Shown here: positions 10,159-20,276 of the stretch, piece after piece
Numbering within the stretch: position 1 is the stretch's first letter
How the letters are laid out: every line of letters starts with the position of its first letter
IMG/VR virus record: IMGVR_UViG_3300015214_000001
Location: 64,001-128,000 of that record
Source: a virus
Lineage: Duplodnaviria; Caudoviricetes
DNA length: 64,000 nucleotides
Strand: one strand, 5' to 3'
The notes under the pieces: model-generated
Databases searched by the model: none
What the model saw: the letters and a program-made list of their open reading frames with translations, nothing else
What the model was told of the DNA's origin: nothing
Translations under genes and position numbers: made by a program

Positions 10159-10671
10159 TCAATCTTTTCTGAGACTGACTAACCACCGTGTAACTCTATT
10201 TACCAAGTAAGTGGGAGCAAAAAAACCTTCTTCAATTGCGATGTTGTTCACGCTGTAATATTGAACTTGCGTCACATCAGGAGAATAGCCTGTGTTTGGT
10301 AAAAATACTTGTTCATGGCTTTTCTCAAGACTGCCACCTACAACAAGCTCTAATGTAGATGGGACAAAATTATCATGTAAATATTTCAATGTTGCAGATA
10401 AGCGCTTTCGCTTACTTCCTTCCGACCTACTATAAGGGTTTTTGATGATAAACTGCCGATCACCATATATAGGATCAGCTACACAATCAATTCGCCAACC
10501 CGTCTTTGGGCATATAAGCGCATCACCAATCAATAACGCATTTAAGCGTTGTTTCATGATGGCCTCGTTCATGGTAGAACGTGGCTTCTTTGTATCACTA
10601 CCTCTAAAGTTTTTGAAAAACATCATTGTCATCCTCATCTGTCCAAAGTTTGGTTTGCTCAGGCACACCAA
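10159..10671 (-). CDS. hypothetical protein
   Basis: 170 aa ORF; true start probably a downstream Met. Confidence 0.55.
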   Translation of the reverse strand: MVCLSKPNFGQMRMTMMFFKNFRGSDTKKPRSTMNEAIMKQRLNALLIGDALICPKTGWRIDCVADPIYGDRQFIIKNPYSRSEGSKRKRLSATLKYLHDNFVPSTLELVVGGSLEKSHEQVFLPNTGYSPDVTQVQYYSVNNIAIEEGFFAPTYLVNRVTRWLVSLRKD

Positions 10672-11584
10672 AACCGTTTTTAATGGCGGCTTGTTTAGAA
10701 AATATCTGAATATAATTAATATGTTCTGCTACTCGCCTCTGCTTAAAAAGCAAAGCATCTTGCAAGATTTTTTCCAACGTTTCAGCATGATGCTTATATA
10801 AAGCAAGATATAGCTGTTGGCTTGCCATTTTTTCTGATGATGAATGCTCGGAGTTAACTAACGTCCTAACTAAGCAAGCCAAACGATATGCTCCAAGTGT
10901 TTCATCTTGTAATTCGGGATAGTAGTTATCATATAAATATGCTAATTCCATCATCGCCGCCGAACGGCTCAAAACTTCTTTATTGCGTATCCCTAGTTGC
11001 AGAATGATGTCCCATAAGTGTTGAGCTAACAAACTTATTTCACCTAAATAGCAATAATGGCTTCTTTGTATTGTCCAATCTGTTTCTAATGCGACAATTT
11101 GCAAATATGTCAAACGATCCAGATTGCCTTGTGGTGTGCCAAATAGCGCACCACCTATATGTATTTTTTCTGGCAACTCAAAAAAAGGCGGCTTATCATT
11201 GCCTTGTTTAAGTATATTTTTTACAAAGATGATCTTCCCCGCTTTATCTACAGATCGCGCAATAAGTGTTCCATTAGGAAATCCTGGCTTGTCTAACTTT
11301 TTGCTTGACTTAAGAATTTCTTTCAACTTATTACATAGACTAAATGCCACGGAGTAAGGATATTTTCCTGGCTGGTATGTAAAAATAACGTTATTGCCAT
11401 CCACCTCAAAATAAAGCTCAAATGCAATCTCATCACGTTTATTTTGAGACATTTTATGTTGTGTCAAGACATCATCAATCCATCGTATTGCCTCAAATAT
11501 AGTAGAACAAGATGCAATGCTAGGATAATATATATCTTGATGTCTCGCGTGTATTCGTATATCTCGAATGTCATTTAATTTCAT
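10604..11584 (-). CDS. hypothetical protein
   Basis: 326 aa ORF with GAGG RBS. Confidence 0.7.
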   Translation of the reverse strand: MKLNDIRDIRIHARHQDIYYPSIASCSTIFEAIRWIDDVLTQHKMSQNKRDEIAFELYFEVDGNNVIFTYQPGKYPYSVAFSLCNKLKEILKSSKKLDKPGFPNGTLIARSVDKAGKIIFVKNILKQGNDKPPFFELPEKIHIGGALFGTPQGNLDRLTYLQIVALETDWTIQRSHYCYLGEISLLAQHLWDIILQLGIRNKEVLSRSAAMMELAYLYDNYYPELQDETLGAYRLACLVRTLVNSEHSSSEKMASQQLYLALYKHHAETLEKILQDALLFKQRRVAEHINYIQIFSKQAAIKNGFGVPEQTKLWTDEDDNDVFQKL

Positions 11585-11697
11585 AAATACCTCTATGATA
11601 TAAAAAAACGAGAGGCTACAATTTATCTATAGCCTCTCGTTAATTTTGCTCAGGCTATTTTTCAACATTCTAACATAGCCTGTTTGTAGAGTCAAAC

Positions 11698-13959
11698 TTA
11701 CGACTTTTTAGCCTTGAGTAGTGCGAACTCCTCTGGTGATATTAATGTCATGCGCTCTAAGTCGATTAATACTCTTGGAGCATCATCTTCTGTGCCAGTC
11801 TTTCCTTCACTATTTTTCAACACACCAATTGCTACCTCTCGGTAATATTTTTCTCTATGCTTTCCTGTGACAGGATCAAGCACAGAAATACTCATAATTT
11901 CTGGCAATGGGTTCACTGATAAAAACAGGTTCAGCACATCATCTCTAACATTTACGGCTGATGTGCTATCTAAAAACGTTGAACCATCATGGACACCACG
12001 AGTCGCTGATTTAGTAGACTGAGTAGCAACAAATGATAGCCAGCCATTTCTAAGACCTTCTTCTTTAATCATATCTAGCGTATCTTTCTCAGACCAGCGA
12101 TACGCCTCATCAGGTGGTTTAATCATTTGCAAATAGTCAATAATAACTACGTGAGGAGTATTGCCTCTTTCAGATAACCGTTCATGTGCTTCGCGCAACT
12201 GCGCCAACAAATCCGTAACAGTTGCAGAAAACGCCTTTAAAAAGATCACCTGCCCAGTCCACTGGGTGCGAATTTTGTTCAGTGCGTTAACGGCATATCC
12301 CATTTTTGCATCGGAAACGCCTTTGCCAAATATTCTTTTATCCTCAGCTGTAAGCTCTCCTGTTTCAATTAAATGTTGTTCATGGTAATGCCGCTGCAAT
12401 GATGTCATCTCGGGCATTCGCAAACCACCATGCGTTTGAACAATTCTATCGGCATGACGTTCAGGAGACCATTCAGGAGACCAAACCATTACATTATAGC
12501 CCTGTTTAGCCCACTCAGAGATCATATAGGTTAAAAATGTGGTCTTAAAACCGCCAGATACACCCATGACACCAGCCATGCAAGGACGCGCAAATGCGTT
12601 AGCATTACCATCTAAATGTCCAATAGCGCTACGTAATGGATTAGGAATTGGCGGATACTTAGGTAGTTGTTGTCCCGTGAGTCGCAATTCATAGTCATCA
12701 ATTGCGGCTGTCATATCCATCCATAGCTCATCATCAGACGCGCCAGCATATTGCATCCGACGATTAGCTACATGAACCATATGTTTGTTGCCTAAAACTT
12801 GCCCATTTGCTGCTTCTACTTTTGCTCTTTTGTCGGCAACAATTTGATTTTCAGACGTGTTATTACTTGGCAGTAAAGTTGACTCTCTTTTATCATTAAC
12901 ATAATCATTCCAAGAGATACCTAGTGCCTCCGAGACCTCTTTTGTCATATATGATTTGGCACATTTTTGACAATGCCCTACGCGGGTTTCCTTATTCCAA
13001 GAGAACGCTGGATTCGTGTTGTCATGAGCATGGTTTCCAAATGGGCAAACTGTTAGTTCAGAAAACCCTCTATTATTAAAGTTGCTAACCCCTAACTTAT
13101 CTATGATTAGATCATATAATTCTGGTTTGAAGTAATCATTTGTGCGTGCGTAATGGATTTGCTCAGGGGTAGCTAAAACCCATTTCTCCATCTTATTTAA
13201 CTCGTGCATATAAATGTTTTCATTGCACCCACAAGCAAGCCAGAAGTCATTATTATCTTTAATGACTTTTCCTTCCAGAAAGAAAGGAACTTTATAAGCG
13301 CTTGCCTGAATTTTAAACTTATGCAACAAGTCTAAAAACTTAGTTGTGACTTGGACACCAGCATTATCGTTATCAGGATAAAACCGCACAACTGTCACCT
13401 TCATATTAGCCAGTTGAACTGGAATATCAGCATCTAGCCGATTGCCAGCGGCAAATAAACCGACTGCATTCCAAATGCCAGCCGCATATGCCGTCATTGT
13501 GTCAATGTCACCTTCAAATACGTGCAAGACACCGCCATTGCGACTAACAGCTTGCGCTATTTTTTGGTAGTCTGGCATATAAGTAATCGGCATGACACCG
13601 CCTGGACGGAGTGATTCTGGTGAGTTATAGAACCGCGCCGCATTGGGATGTTTTTCACGCGAATGCGGTAAACGTCGCGCACGGTAGATGATCGGATAAT
13701 CCACTGCATTAACCATGCTGTTGGTATTATGATTGATAGATGGTGGATATGCACATGGATAAATCAGATACTGACCATCACGAGATGTTCTAAATCCTAT
13801 CGTTTCCCAAGTATCCTGAGGAATACCGCGCTGAATTAAAAAGTCAGCAGTAGTTTTATCCAGTGTTAATTCATCAGGCCTATCAAATAGCTCTAATAAG
13901 AACTTACTATCTTCAACTTCTTTCTCTTGCTTCGGAACAACTGGCATTGATGTAGACAT
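11698..13959 (-). CDS. DNA primase-helicase (TOPRIM, zinc finger, DnaB-like SF4 helicase)
   Basis: FEGDID and PDNDNAG TOPRIM motifs; CPFGNH..CQKC zinc finger; GVSGGFKT Walker A; IIDYLQ Walker B. Confidence 0.85.
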   Translation of the reverse strand: MSTSMPVVPKQEKEVEDSKFLLELFDRPDELTLDKTTADFLIQRGIPQDTWETIGFRTSRDGQYLIYPCAYPPSINHNTNSMVNAVDYPIIYRARRLPHSREKHPNAARFYNSPESLRPGGVMPITYMPDYQKIAQAVSRNGGVLHVFEGDIDTMTAYAAGIWNAVGLFAAGNRLDADIPVQLANMKVTVVRFYPDNDNAGVQVTTKFLDLLHKFKIQASAYKVPFFLEGKVIKDNNDFWLACGCNENIYMHELNKMEKWVLATPEQIHYARTNDYFKPELYDLIIDKLGVSNFNNRGFSELTVCPFGNHAHDNTNPAFSWNKETRVGHCQKCAKSYMTKEVSEALGISWNDYVNDKRESTLLPSNNTSENQIVADKRAKVEAANGQVLGNKHMVHVANRRMQYAGASDDELWMDMTAAIDDYELRLTGQQLPKYPPIPNPLRSAIGHLDGNANAFARPCMAGVMGVSGGFKTTFLTYMISEWAKQGYNVMVWSPEWSPERHADRIVQTHGGLRMPEMTSLQRHYHEQHLIETGELTAEDKRIFGKGVSDAKMGYAVNALNKIRTQWTGQVIFLKAFSATVTDLLAQLREAHERLSERGNTPHVVIIDYLQMIKPPDEAYRWSEKDTLDMIKEEGLRNGWLSFVATQSTKSATRGVHDGSTFLDSTSAVNVRDDVLNLFLSVNPLPEIMSISVLDPVTGKHREKYYREVAIGVLKNSEGKTGTEDDAPRVLIDLERMTLISPEEFALLKAKKS

Positions 13960-14019
13960 AAATTTCTCCCTTGTGTTTAGGGGATAGGATTCAATAGTCC
14001 ATCCCCCTTTTTTGATTGA

Positions 14020-14886
14020 TTAACGGTACATCATTGAAACGCTAAAGTAACGTTCAGTCTCAGGCAATGCTACACGAAAGAACTTCTCATGGATAACTTC
14101 TGCGTAGGCTCTAATTTCATACTGAGCATCTTTAGCTAAACGTAAGCGCAAGAAGTTCATTAGGTTATGAGCATCTGTCTTAACAACCCACGTATAGTAC
14201 ACACCAAAAGCAGGCAAGAACAATCTAGCTTGTTCGCGTGCCACACCTGCATCCAATAAGCGTTGATAAACATCATATCCAGCGTCAATATATCTCTCTA
14301 GCATATCTCGCACAGGCGTAACTGAGTGTTCACCGTATTCGCTGATGTCATCTGACAAAATATTATCAAATAACCCATGTGCATTATCTTTTGTTTTTTG
14401 GTCTCTTAGTAACAACCGCAACAGCCTGATCTGCTGAGACACACTTAGTTCCTCTGTGCCACTCCCTTGCTTATTGTCTTTCGATTGTTTACGCCAAACA
14501 GCAGGTATATAAAAATCATTTTCATCGAAAGCCGTGTATCTGCCAGACTGAGCATTAAAATTCCATGTGCGATGTCTGGCCCACTGCCACCAAACAATAA
14601 GTGGTGCATTAACTCGAAACTTAAACTCGACCATTTCAAATGGTGATGTGTGTTTATGTCGCATAAGATAAGAAAGCAGACCAGCATCACTGTCCTTCCC
14701 CTTGCTTTCACCCAAGAAGCTGACGCGAGCCGCGTTAACAATTGCCAAGTCACCACTCACGCCACTGGCTGGATGTGGCATAAAGTCTACAAGTTCTACC
14801 CAACTATTAGGATCATCTGGGTACACCTGAACCCTACTATCTTCTCCAAACGTTAAATTAGGCGCTGTCCATTTATCAGTAGTCAT
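14020..14886 (-). CDS. thyX: flavin-dependent thymidylate synthase
   Basis: AARVS, HTSPFE, RHR..N..SGRY, AREQAR and LRL...AQYEIR motifs. Confidence 0.95.
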   Translation of the reverse strand: MTTDKWTAPNLTFGEDSRVQVYPDDPNSWVELVDFMPHPASGVSGDLAIVNAARVSFLGESKGKDSDAGLLSYLMRHKHTSPFEMVEFKFRVNAPLIVWWQWARHRTWNFNAQSGRYTAFDENDFYIPAVWRKQSKDNKQGSGTEELSVSQQIRLLRLLLRDQKTKDNAHGLFDNILSDDISEYGEHSVTPVRDMLERYIDAGYDVYQRLLDAGVAREQARLFLPAFGVYYTWVVKTDAHNLMNFLRLRLAKDAQYEIRAYAEVIHEKFFRVALPETERYFSVSMMYR

Positions 14887-14889
14887 GAT

Positions 14890-15168
14890 CTATCCTTTTG
14901 TGCTATATAAAAATGTATTCAACTTTGCAGTTCTAGCGATGGTGTAATAAACCTCACCGCCATGATGTTTTTTGCCCTCTACATATCGTACAGCCTCATC
15001 ATAGTCGCCTAAAAAACATTCGACATTAGGAAGCCATGATGCACAGGCACTTGTGTATAGAGTGCGTAATTCCCATCGTTGAATGATGAACTCAGGAAGA
15101 TCACTCAAAATAACATCATCTGGTGTCATAGCTGTGATAAATTTACCCATGTCCGAACTCTTTCTCAA
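14890..15168 (-). CDS. hypothetical protein
   Basis: Short ORF in an operon; likely start MGKFIT. Confidence 0.55.
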   Translation of the reverse strand: MRKSSDMGKFITAMTPDDVILSDLPEFIIQRWELRTLYTSACASWLPNVECFLGDYDEAVRYVEGKKHHGGEVYYTIARTAKLNTFLYSTKG

Positions 15169-16714
15169 TATCGCTTAGTTCGCCATTTACATCTCGCAAT
15201 TCTTTCCTCATCTGCGTAGCAAGAATCTTTTGTTGTATTTCCTCATCTTCCCGTGCCAACACCAGTTCTCTTTCAAAGAGTCTTTTGATAACTTGGCGAA
15301 TATTTTTCATTTCAATAACTTCTAAACCTTTTGGTTTTTTAATGCCCTTACTTAGTGGTGGCGTGATGACTGTAGTCACTCCTTGTCGCCAACAAGCGTT
15401 TAGGCGTTCTTCCATCTGCTGACCGCTTCGCAACTCACCAGTGAGATTTAACTCACCCATACTTACCATGCCAACAGGCAATGGTTTTTCCCAATAACTA
15501 CTGACAATCGCCAGAATCAATGGTAAGTCCAAAGTAGAATCGCGTAAAGTAATTCCACCCGCGATTGTAGCATGAATGTCAAACTCCGCTAGGTTTGTCT
15601 CTTGAACGTTTTTAGATAATACCGCGATGTTTTGGATCATGCGATCCCTTTTAAGCCCAATAGCAGAACGCAATGCAGAGCTACTACTGCTTCTAGTTGT
15701 CAATGCTTGTATCTCAGCCATGATAGGTCTTGTTCCTTCCATAGCCATCGTCATTGCTGCGCCAAATATTTCTTCGTCACGATTTTGAAGAAATATACCA
15801 GTAGGATCAGATATTTCTTTCAATCCATCACTTCGCATTTCAAAAACACCCATCTCAGCAGTTGAGCCAAAGCGGTTTTTCGCTGAACGCAAGAAACGGT
15901 ATGAGCTGGCATCATCTCCATCGAGATATATTACAGTATCAACCATGTGAGCCAACTTATTTGATCCACTTATATCGCCTTCCTTCGTAACCTGCCCAAT
16001 AATAAAACAAGTCATACCAGTGGCTTTTACATATTGCCTTATTTGAACATCAACGTGTTTCATCTGGCGCTCTGAACCAGGAATGCCATCAATTACATCT
16101 GACACAATTGTGTTGATGCTATCAACAATCAACAAGCCTGGTTTAACTTTTTTGATATGATGCTCCATGATATTTTCTAGTGAAGTGTCATACACAATAT
16201 ATAGATGTGGATTGTTGATAGCTAAACGGTTTGCTCGAATTTTCGTTTGACTTTCAGCTTCCTCACCACTAACATACAACACGGGTGACTCTTTAGTTGC
16301 CATATTGTTCGCCATTTCCAATAGCAATGTGGACTTACCAGTTCCTGGTGCGCCACCGATTATGGCATAATGTCCATCAATTAGGCCGCCACCTAGAACT
16401 CGATCAAGCTCAGGTATCCCAGTTGAACGCCGTTCGATGTCAGATGATTCAACTTCCGTAATTGGCGTTGGATTATTAAGTCCGAACGTCAACCTACGAT
16501 TAGTCGGGTTCTTTGGCGTTGAAACAGCGTCAAGGTACACGGATTGCACTGTATTGACACCATTACACTTAGGACAGACAGCCCTATACTTCCCGATTTC
16601 CTCGTTGCAATCTTTACAAAAAAATCTCAACTTGCTTTGTGCGTTTGCCACCATTTCTTTGTTCCTTCTTATCTTTCTTACATGCTGGACATCATGCCAC
16701 AGCATATAACGCAA
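15143..16714 (-). CDS. radA: DNA repair protein RadA/Sms
   Basis: C4 zinc finger, GAPGTGKST, SGEE, DSI, KNRFG and a Lon-like C-terminal domain. Confidence 0.92.
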   Translation of the reverse strand: MRYMLWHDVQHVRKIRRNKEMVANAQSKLRFFCKDCNEEIGKYRAVCPKCNGVNTVQSVYLDAVSTPKNPTNRRLTFGLNNPTPITEVESSDIERRSTGIPELDRVLGGGLIDGHYAIIGGAPGTGKSTLLLEMANNMATKESPVLYVSGEEAESQTKIRANRLAINNPHLYIVYDTSLENIMEHHIKKVKPGLLIVDSINTIVSDVIDGIPGSERQMKHVDVQIRQYVKATGMTCFIIGQVTKEGDISGSNKLAHMVDTVIYLDGDDASSYRFLRSAKNRFGSTAEMGVFEMRSDGLKEISDPTGIFLQNRDEEIFGAAMTMAMEGTRPIMAEIQALTTRSSSSSALRSAIGLKRDRMIQNIAVLSKNVQETNLAEFDIHATIAGGITLRDSTLDLPLILAIVSSYWEKPLPVGMVSMGELNLTGELRSGQQMEERLNACWRQGVTTVITPPLSKGIKKPKGLEVIEMKNIRQVIKRLFERELVLAREDEEIQQKILATQMRKELRDVNGELSDIEKEFGHG

Positions 16715-16743
16715 TGCAACCCCAAATAACCATTTGTTCCATT

Positions 16744-18336
16744 TTAGTTGTTGCGTCTCATCATTTGCGCCATGATGGATTTAATATCTTCTGCTTCGCT
16801 ATCCGAGATTGCTTGGATTGATTGAGCATCACTTTGTGGCAATACTTGTTTTTTCACCGTCTTTTTGAACAATGAGCTTGGGCTACCAAGATACAAAGCG
16901 AGCCATTTATTCATTGTTTCAGCTGTGCAAGTAGCATCCTGTGATAGTTTAGCGCCTTGCGGTGAAAACATCCACCCGTCACGGCGACCATTCTTCCCAA
17001 ATAAACTATCTAATAGCATTTTAGGATTTGGCTCAACAAATGGTTTTTTGCGATCATAACTAATGATTTCTCCCATATCAGGAGTGCCGATATAATTGCC
17101 ATCAGCTGATAATAAGTCATTCGTAGCAAAACTACGTGCAGTCTCACGCATTTTTGTCGCTACGCCAGATTCGCGTGCATACATCCGCAAAATTTCGTAT
17201 GAGCTTAAATGGGATAACTCTGGCTCTTTACCAGTGATTTTTTCAACAATCGTCCGAACCCATAGCTCTGTATTCTTTTCAAGCTCAGACTTATCTTTAT
17301 TGACGATAACGACCCCATCAGGTTGCGATTGGATATTTCCCTTTGTCCCTACTGATGGTCGTGGAGTGCGAACTGGTGGCTCACCTTGCTTTGTGCGGCT
17401 TGGCGTAGACGGCAAGGATGGGATACTAGATGCGCGTCTTTGTGAATTTTGTAAATTCGGCGGCGCGGAATTGGCTTCTTTTTCTTTTTGTAACAATTCA
17501 AAATCGCTACCTAACAAGTATTCCAGACTCAACTCAAATTCTTCGCCTTCGATGCCGTCAGGCAATAAAGATACTTTAGTATCTTTATCAATTAATTCTA
17601 GTTCTTTTATTCTGATTCTTTCCCCCCAAAATTCTTGGGGGGGGCCCCCCAAAGAATTTATACCCCCCTCCCCTAAAATTTTTGAGGGGGGTATTTCTGC
17701 TGTATAAGATAATTGACCTTCTTCTGAGGCAAGCCACTCTTTCATTTCTTCAAATCGAAAACGCATATACCAATTCGGTTGATATTTCATCCAGAATTGA
17801 TGCCACCACTGACATTGGTATATTAATCCAGCAAACAAATATTCATCTGTTTCTGACTTACTATAATCTCCTCTACGACAAGTCAAAGCGCCCTTTTCTA
17901 TCAATTGGTTCTTGATATTTGTAATGCTTTGCTCGTTCTTATAATTAAGCAAGTGCATTAATGTTCGAGTGCTAGGTTTTGCAGCGCCTTGAGCTGTATC
18001 AAATCTGAACATCATCACTCGCTCAATGAAAGCCATTTCGTTGATAGTTATTGGGTCTGCTTGACCGTGTTTCGGTGCAGGGAAAAATGTTACTTTATCA
18101 ATGCGTCCATTATCTCGATAATCAAGGCGATAGTCGTACTGTGAACGTTCGTAGTATTGGATATTTAGTAATACATATCCTGGCACATGCAGATAGTACC
18201 GATCTTTAAAATCTTGTTCAAAGTCCCCCCAACGCGATACAAATGGCGTGGATTGGTTCTTACTAGACATAACTTTTTGCTCCTTGTTGCAAACAATAAA
18301 AATAATACTGAAAAACAATTGTTCTGTATTTGCCAA
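16744..18336 (-). CDS. putative replication initiator (HTH N-terminus, internal iteron-like repeats)
   Basis: AKPSTRTLMHLLN..SITNIKNQLIEKGAL winged-HTH-like segment; GC-rich repeats at 17620-17695; likely start 18270 (MSSKNQ). Confidence 0.55.
   Translation of the reverse strand: MANTEQLFFSIIFIVCNKEQKVMSSKNQSTPFVSRWGDFEQDFKDRYYLHVPGYVLLNIQYYERSQYDYRLDYRDNGRIDKVTFFPAPKHGQADPITINEMAFIERVMMFRFDTAQGAAKPSTRTLMHLLNYKNEQSITNIKNQLIEKGALTCRRGDYSKSETDEYLFAGLIYQCQWWHQFWMKYQPNWYMRFRFEEMKEWLASEEGQLSYTAEIPPSKILGEGGINSLGGPPQEFWGERIRIKELELIDKDTKVSLLPDGIEGEEFELSLEYLLGSDFELLQKEKEANSAPPNLQNSQRRASSIPSLPSTPSRTKQGEPPVRTPRPSVGTKGNIQSQPDGVVIVNKDKSELEKNTELWVRTIVEKITGKEPELSHLSSYEILRMYARESGVATKMRETARSFATNDLLSADGNYIGTPDMGEIISYDRKKPFVEPNPKMLLDSLFGKNGRRDGWMFSPQGAKLSQDATCTAETMNKWLALYLGSPSSLFKKTVKKQVLPQSDAQSIQAISDSEAEDIKSIMAQMMRRNN
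17620..17696. repeat. iteron-like C-tract/AT-core/G-tract repeats
   Basis: CCCCCCAAAATTCTTGGGGGGGG, CCCCCCAAAGAATTTATA and CCCCTAAAATTTTTGAGGGGGG in tandem. Confidence 0.6.
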
Positions 18337-18390
18337 TGATATTGGGTTAATATATATCTAACGCAATGTAGAGTCAAGCTGGAAAATAGC

Positions 18391-19308
18391 TTAACGCTTT
18401 CTGGTTGGCAATATTGGCGGTGTCCTCTTTTCACGCTCTTTGCAAGGTGGCAATGGCGGTATTTTTTTATCAGTCGTTTTACTCTGTGATATTACATCAG
18501 GAACTGTAGGTATAGCGCTTTTAGTTTGACGCTTTGGCGGTGATGGTGGCTTTATGGGCGGCGCTAAAGAGCTTGGAGACTGTGCGTTTGTTTCACGCGC
18601 TTTTTCCCGAAATGATTTATGAGGCTTGTCATCACCCTTTATCGCAGTGCCGTTTAATGGGATCATGTAATCATTGCTAGAGACACGTGGAAACCATTCT
18701 GCAAGTACACCATCACCGCGTATATCATCTGATGACCCGCTATTGATGTCCTTGCGATTCGGCATCTTAAGGCTAACAGTCTTAGAAAAACTAGATGGTC
18801 TCAAAGCCATCTCTCGTTTTTCTAGTTGTTCTTTAGTGACATTAGGATCAATTCTTTCCCACACAAACCGAGCTACATCTCTGATCGCATAGAATTCTTC
18901 TTCATCGTGAATAACACTATATGATGCAGAAATTGTATCATCCATCGTCTCAGATAAAGCCCATGTTTTGATGATCTCAATAAAGCGTGGGTCATCGGGC
19001 GCAGAAACTTCAATTGCCGTGAATGCTTTAATGCGAGCAAAAAAATCACCAGCTTTAGCAACATCAATAAGGCGATCAAGCCAATCATGAGGGATAATGA
19101 TGCCGTTTTTCTTACGGTAGTTATCTGAATCAATCCCACCAGTTGCAATGAGATTTGCGACATAAGTAGATAATGGCTTGCCGTTATAATAATAACAATG
19201 GCGTTCAAGTTGTTTGTTGTCATAATAAGCTGGCCTATATGTCCAACTATGTATCCACTCAGGTATTTTCTGTTCCATATTCGCTCCTTGAAAAAGAGGA
19301 TGAAACAT
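18391..19308 (-). CDS. hypothetical protein with Pro-rich C-terminus
   Basis: 305 aa ORF; likely start MEQKIPEW after AAGGAG. Confidence 0.7.
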   Translation of the reverse strand: MFHPLFQGANMEQKIPEWIHSWTYRPAYYDNKQLERHCYYYNGKPLSTYVANLIATGGIDSDNYRKKNGIIIPHDWLDRLIDVAKAGDFFARIKAFTAIEVSAPDDPRFIEIIKTWALSETMDDTISASYSVIHDEEEFYAIRDVARFVWERIDPNVTKEQLEKREMALRPSSFSKTVSLKMPNRKDINSGSSDDIRGDGVLAEWFPRVSSNDYMIPLNGTAIKGDDKPHKSFREKARETNAQSPSSLAPPIKPPSPPKRQTKSAIPTVPDVISQSKTTDKKIPPLPPCKEREKRTPPILPTRKR

Positions 19309-19331
19309 AGTTTTGTTTCATCCTCTTTGCT

Positions 19332-19796
19332 TTAGTCGTTATGTGTTCCAGTGCTACCAAACCCATCATTGCCGCGATCAGACGATGATAGATCAGCTTG
19401 TGATACAAAACAAATATCTGGTGTGATATATGGGATAATAACTAACTGAGCAATCTTTTGTCCAGCCTCGATGATTTGTGTTTCATTGCTAATGTTTTGA
19501 ATACACACGATGATTTCACCACGATAAGATGGGTCAATCAGCCCGCTACGTAATGCTAAACCGCCAAGTAACTTATCATTGCCAGAACTCACTGATGACT
19601 TCTCAACAAGAAATCCTGCATACCCGATTGGCAATTCAATGTGAACGCCAGTTCGTATCTTTGCCACAGGCTTTGTTGATTGTGAATAAGGTTCTAATGC
19701 AACTGTTTCAAGCGCGGTGATGTCATATCCAACATCGCCGCTTCGAGGTGCTTGTAAACCATTACGTGAAGCGGAATATACTTTGAGTTGTTTCAT
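19332..19796 (-). CDS. dut: trimeric dUTPase
   Basis: GYDI, KSS, GLIDPSYRGEI, IAQLVI and RGNDGFGSTG motifs. Confidence 0.95.
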   Translation of the reverse strand: MKQLKVYSASRNGLQAPRSGDVGYDITALETVALEPYSQSTKPVAKIRTGVHIELPIGYAGFLVEKSSVSSGNDKLLGGLALRSGLIDPSYRGEIIVCIQNISNETQIIEAGQKIAQLVIIPYITPDICFVSQADLSSSDRGNDGFGSTGTHND

Positions 19797-19860
19797 AACA
19801 GACCTTCCATATTGAAGATTTTAACCAAATAAAATATGTTGTACCAAATCCACTTATGTT

Positions 19861-20274
19861 TGTTTCAAACTCACTGTAAAATAATACCGACATGACTTTG
19901 AAACAAGGTATAAAATGAAATGGAACAACGCCTTTTAAAAAATAACATTTAGTCTATTTTGTAGAAACGATAACTATGTTTCATGCTGGTATTTGACTGT
20001 TTCATGGTCGTTTTTACTGCAATCGACACTTATTTGATAATTTATGGCAACGACTTTGGAACAAATACAAACCCATTTTGAAACAGGTGTGAAGTAGAAC
20101 CCAGTGCGTTGCCGCTTACTTGATGTAGTGATGTATCTCTAAAATCAAAATCACACCATATTTTAAACATTGTGATGCTCAGTCAAAAAGCTAACGCGAA
20201 AATGATACAAATAAAAAGTGAATTTGAAACACCACAGTGATAAATGGTGTTTCAAGGTTTCAAGCATCGAAACA
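19861..20274. repeat. non-coding region with clustered TGAAACA heptamers
   Basis: 7 exact copies in both orientations plus 4 one-mismatch copies within about 415 bp. Confidence 0.7.
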
Positions 20275-20276
20275 AG

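Noticed and set aside
17096-17707. 203 aa plus-strand ORF and similar antisense ORFs (e.g. 10442, 24050, 38521, 63222)
   Set aside because: Shadow frames opposite well-supported genes, without RBS or recognisable motifs
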